Position numbers and translations under genes: made by a program | The notes under the pieces: model-generated | What the model was told of the DNA's origin: nothing | The model's input: the letters and a program-made list of their open reading frames with translations, nothing else | The model's database searches: none | From: Beutenbergiaceae bacterium | GTDB lineage: Bacteria; Actinomycetota; Actinomycetes; Actinomycetales; Beutenbergiaceae | Reading direction: 5' to 3' | Assembly (NCBI GenBank): GCA_048594865.1 | Contig: JBMDWZ010000076.1 | Location: forward strand, 5,111-69,110 | DNA: 64,000 nt | Shown here: positions 62,450 through 64,000 of the stretch, piece by piece | Layout: each line of letters begins with the position of its first letter | How positions within the stretch are numbered: position 1 is the stretch's first letter

Positions 62450-64000
62450 TTAACGGCCGGTGAGCTCCCAGGCATCGGTGCTCTCCTCGGCACCGTCGTC
62501 AGAGTCGTAGTAGTCCACGGCCTCCTCCAGATCCGGGCGCGCGGTAACATCCTCGGGCTGCTCAGACTCATCGGCGTCGGTGGGGTCGGCGTCGAACGGT
62601 GCGTCATCTCCCCCACCGGCACCCGGCCCGGGGCCATCGCCGCGCAGCATTGCCAGCGTGTCGGGCAGATCGTCGGGGTTGATCAGCACATCGCGCGCCT
62701 TGGATCCCTCGGAGGGCCCAACGATCTCGCGCGACTCCAGCAGGTCCATGAGGCGCCCGGCCTTGGCGAACCCGACGCGGAGCTTGCGCTGCAGCATCGA
62801 GGTGGACCCGAACTGGGTGGAGACCACGAGCTCGGCCGCCTGCAGGAGCAGGTCGAGGTCATCGCCGATGTCCTCATCGATCTGCTTCTTCGCCGCCGCG
62901 ACAGTGACGTCCTCGCGATACGTCGGCTTGAGCTGGCCCTTGACGTGGTCCACGATCTGGTGGACCTCGGACTCACTGATCCAGGCGCCCTGCACCCGCA
63001 TCGGCTTAGAGGCGCCCATCGGCAAGAAGAGCGCGTCACCCTGTCCGATCAGTTTCTCCGCGCCCGGTTGGTCCAGGACCACCCGGGAGTCAGCCAGCGA
63101 CGACGTCGCAAAAGCGAGCCTGGAGGGCACGTTGGCCTTGATCAGACCGGTCACCACATCGACGCTGGGCCGCTGGGTGGCCAACACCAGGTGAATCCCG
63201 GCCGCCCGAGCCAACTGCGTAATCCGTTGGATGGAGGACTCCACATCGCGCGGGGCCACCATCATCAGGTCGGCGAGCTCGTCGACGATTACCAGGAGGT
63301 AGGGGTAGGGCGCGATCTTGCGCTCGCTGCCCGGCAGCGGAGTTACCTTGCCAGCCTTGACCGCCGCGTTGAAGTCATCGACGTGCTTGTACCCGAAGGT
63401 GGCCAGGTCGTCATAGCGGGTGTCCATTTCGCGCACCACCCACTCCAACGCCTCCGCAGCCTTCTTGGGGCTGGTGATGATGGGCGTAATCAGGTGCGGG
63501 ATGCCCTCATACATCGTCAGTTCCACCCGCTTGGGGTCAACCAACACCATCCGCACTTCTTCGGGAGTTGCGCGCATCATGATCGAGGTGATCATCGAGT
63601 TCACGAAGATCGACTTACCGGCACCGGTGGCACCGGCAACCAACAAGTGCGGCATCTTGGCCAGGTTGGCCACGACGTAGCCGCCCTCAACGTCCTTGCC
63701 GACGCCCATGACCAGCGGGTGCTCATTGCGGCGAGCGGCGCCCGAGCGCAGCACGTCACCCAAGGCGACCGTTTCACGGTCGGAGTTCGGGATCTCGATT
63801 CCGATCGCCTTCTTGCCCGGGATCGGCGAAAGGATCCGGACGTCGGCGCTGGCCACGGCGTAGGAGATGTTCTTGCTTAGGGCGGTGACCCGCTCCACCT
63901 TGATTCCGGCGCCGAGTTCGACCTCGTATCGGGTGACGGTCGGTCCGCGAGTGAACCCGGTGACCTGGGCGTCCACGCCGAACTCCTCGAAGACCGTTGT
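62450..64000 (-). CDS. ftsK: DNA translocase FtsK (motor and gamma domains; 5' part runs off the window)
   Basis: Walker [16 protein letters not shown], Walker [11 protein letters not shown] and the gamma winged helix ([24 protein letters not shown]). The frame stays open past the listed Met at 63976 to the window edge. Confidence 0.95.
   Translation of the reverse strand, partial: TTVFEEFGVDAQVTGFTRGPTVTRYEVELGAGIKVERVTALSKNISYAVASADVRILSPIPGKKAIGIEIPNSDRETVALGDVLRSGAARRNEHPLVMGVGKDVEGGYVVANLAKMPHLLVAGATGAGKSIFVNSMITSIMMRATPEEVRMVLVDPKRVELTMYEGIPHLITPIITSPKKAAEALEWVVREMDTRYDDLATFGYKHVDDFNAAVKAGKVTPLPGSERKIAPYPYLLVIVDELADLMMVAPRDVESSIQRITQLARAAGIHLVLATQRPSVDVVTGLIKANVPSRLAFATSSLADSRVVLDQPGAEKLIGQGDALFLPMGASKPMRVQGAWISESEVHQIVDHVKGQLKPTYREDVTVAAAKKQIDEDIGDDLDLLLQAAELVVSTQFGSTSMLQRKLRVGFAKAGRLMDLLESREIVGPSEGSKARDVLINPDDLPDTLAMLRGDGPGPGAGGGDDAPFDADPTDADESEQPEDVTARPDLEEAVDYYDSDDGAEESTDAWELTGR

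Noticed and set aside
1-64000. Search for CRISPR arrays, tRNA/rRNA genes, transposases, integrases, prophage or toxin-antitoxin-like pairs.
   Set aside because: There are no spaced identical repeats. No intergenic gap is long enough for a tRNA with cloverleaf-like ends (the T-loop GGTTCGAATCC-type strings I looked for were absent). No ORF has recombinase or transposase motifs. The only tandem repeats are short in-frame coding repeats.

Overview
High-GC (roughly two-thirds G+C) actinobacterial chromosomal core segment. It is almost fully coding. I saw no rRNA or tRNA genes, no transposase or integrase, and no CRISPR array.

**Gene content**
- 1-17961, all minus strand: a complete dcw division/cell-wall cluster, mraZ-rsmH-ftsL-ftsI-murE-murF-mraY-murD-ftsW-murG-murC-ftsQ-ftsZ-pgeF-sepF-yggT-divIVA. 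Most junctions are 1- or 4-nt stop/start overlaps. divIVA runs off the left edge.
- Diverging from mraZ: a translationally coupled MoxR ATPase / DUF58 / transglutaminase-membrane-protein trio.
- The remainder resembles the lexA-to-recA-to-ftsK neighbourhood of other actinobacteria. In order: SAV_6107-type HEPN protein-dinB-DUF3040, spermidine-synthase-like protein, esterase, cspA, PAC2, HelD-like helicase, serA, DUF5302, nrdR, LysM protein, lexA, DinG-like helicase, hflX, methyltransferase, dapF, miaA, two YbjN-like proteins plus a sirtuin, miaB, gluABCD-like transporter, recX, recA, a DrrAB/NodIJ-type ABC exporter with a kinase-fold protein and DUF3046, YbaK-like protein, lhr-nei, clgR, cinA, pgsA, an eroded CapA-like pseudogene, and ftsK (runs off the right edge).

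**Most interesting signals (all hand-read, none computed)**
1. DNA-damage regulatory sites. There is a near-consensus TTGACT-N17-GATAAT promoter whose spacer is filled by an 11/12 LexA box in front of HEPN-dinB. There are also three to four copies of the LexA-independent actinobacterial damage promoter motif TGTCRGTG-N8-TAnnnT, in front of recA, lhr (leaderless), the LysM-nrdR operon and, degenerately, DUF3046.
2. A five-gene overlapping array (DUF3046, kinase-fold protein, ABC ATPase, two ABC-2 permeases) sits between DUF3046 and recA, where I would expect DUF3046 to abut recA.
3. A three-box MraZ operator with exact 10-bp periodicity.
4. A low-GC islet between gluD and recX, with nested direct repeats and an orphan secreted mini-protein.
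5. A frameshifted, internally deleted CapA-family remnant between pgsA and ftsK.

I see no clear-cut novel multi-gene system such as a defence island. The candidates above are hypotheses. All protein family calls come from motif and synteny recognition by eye.
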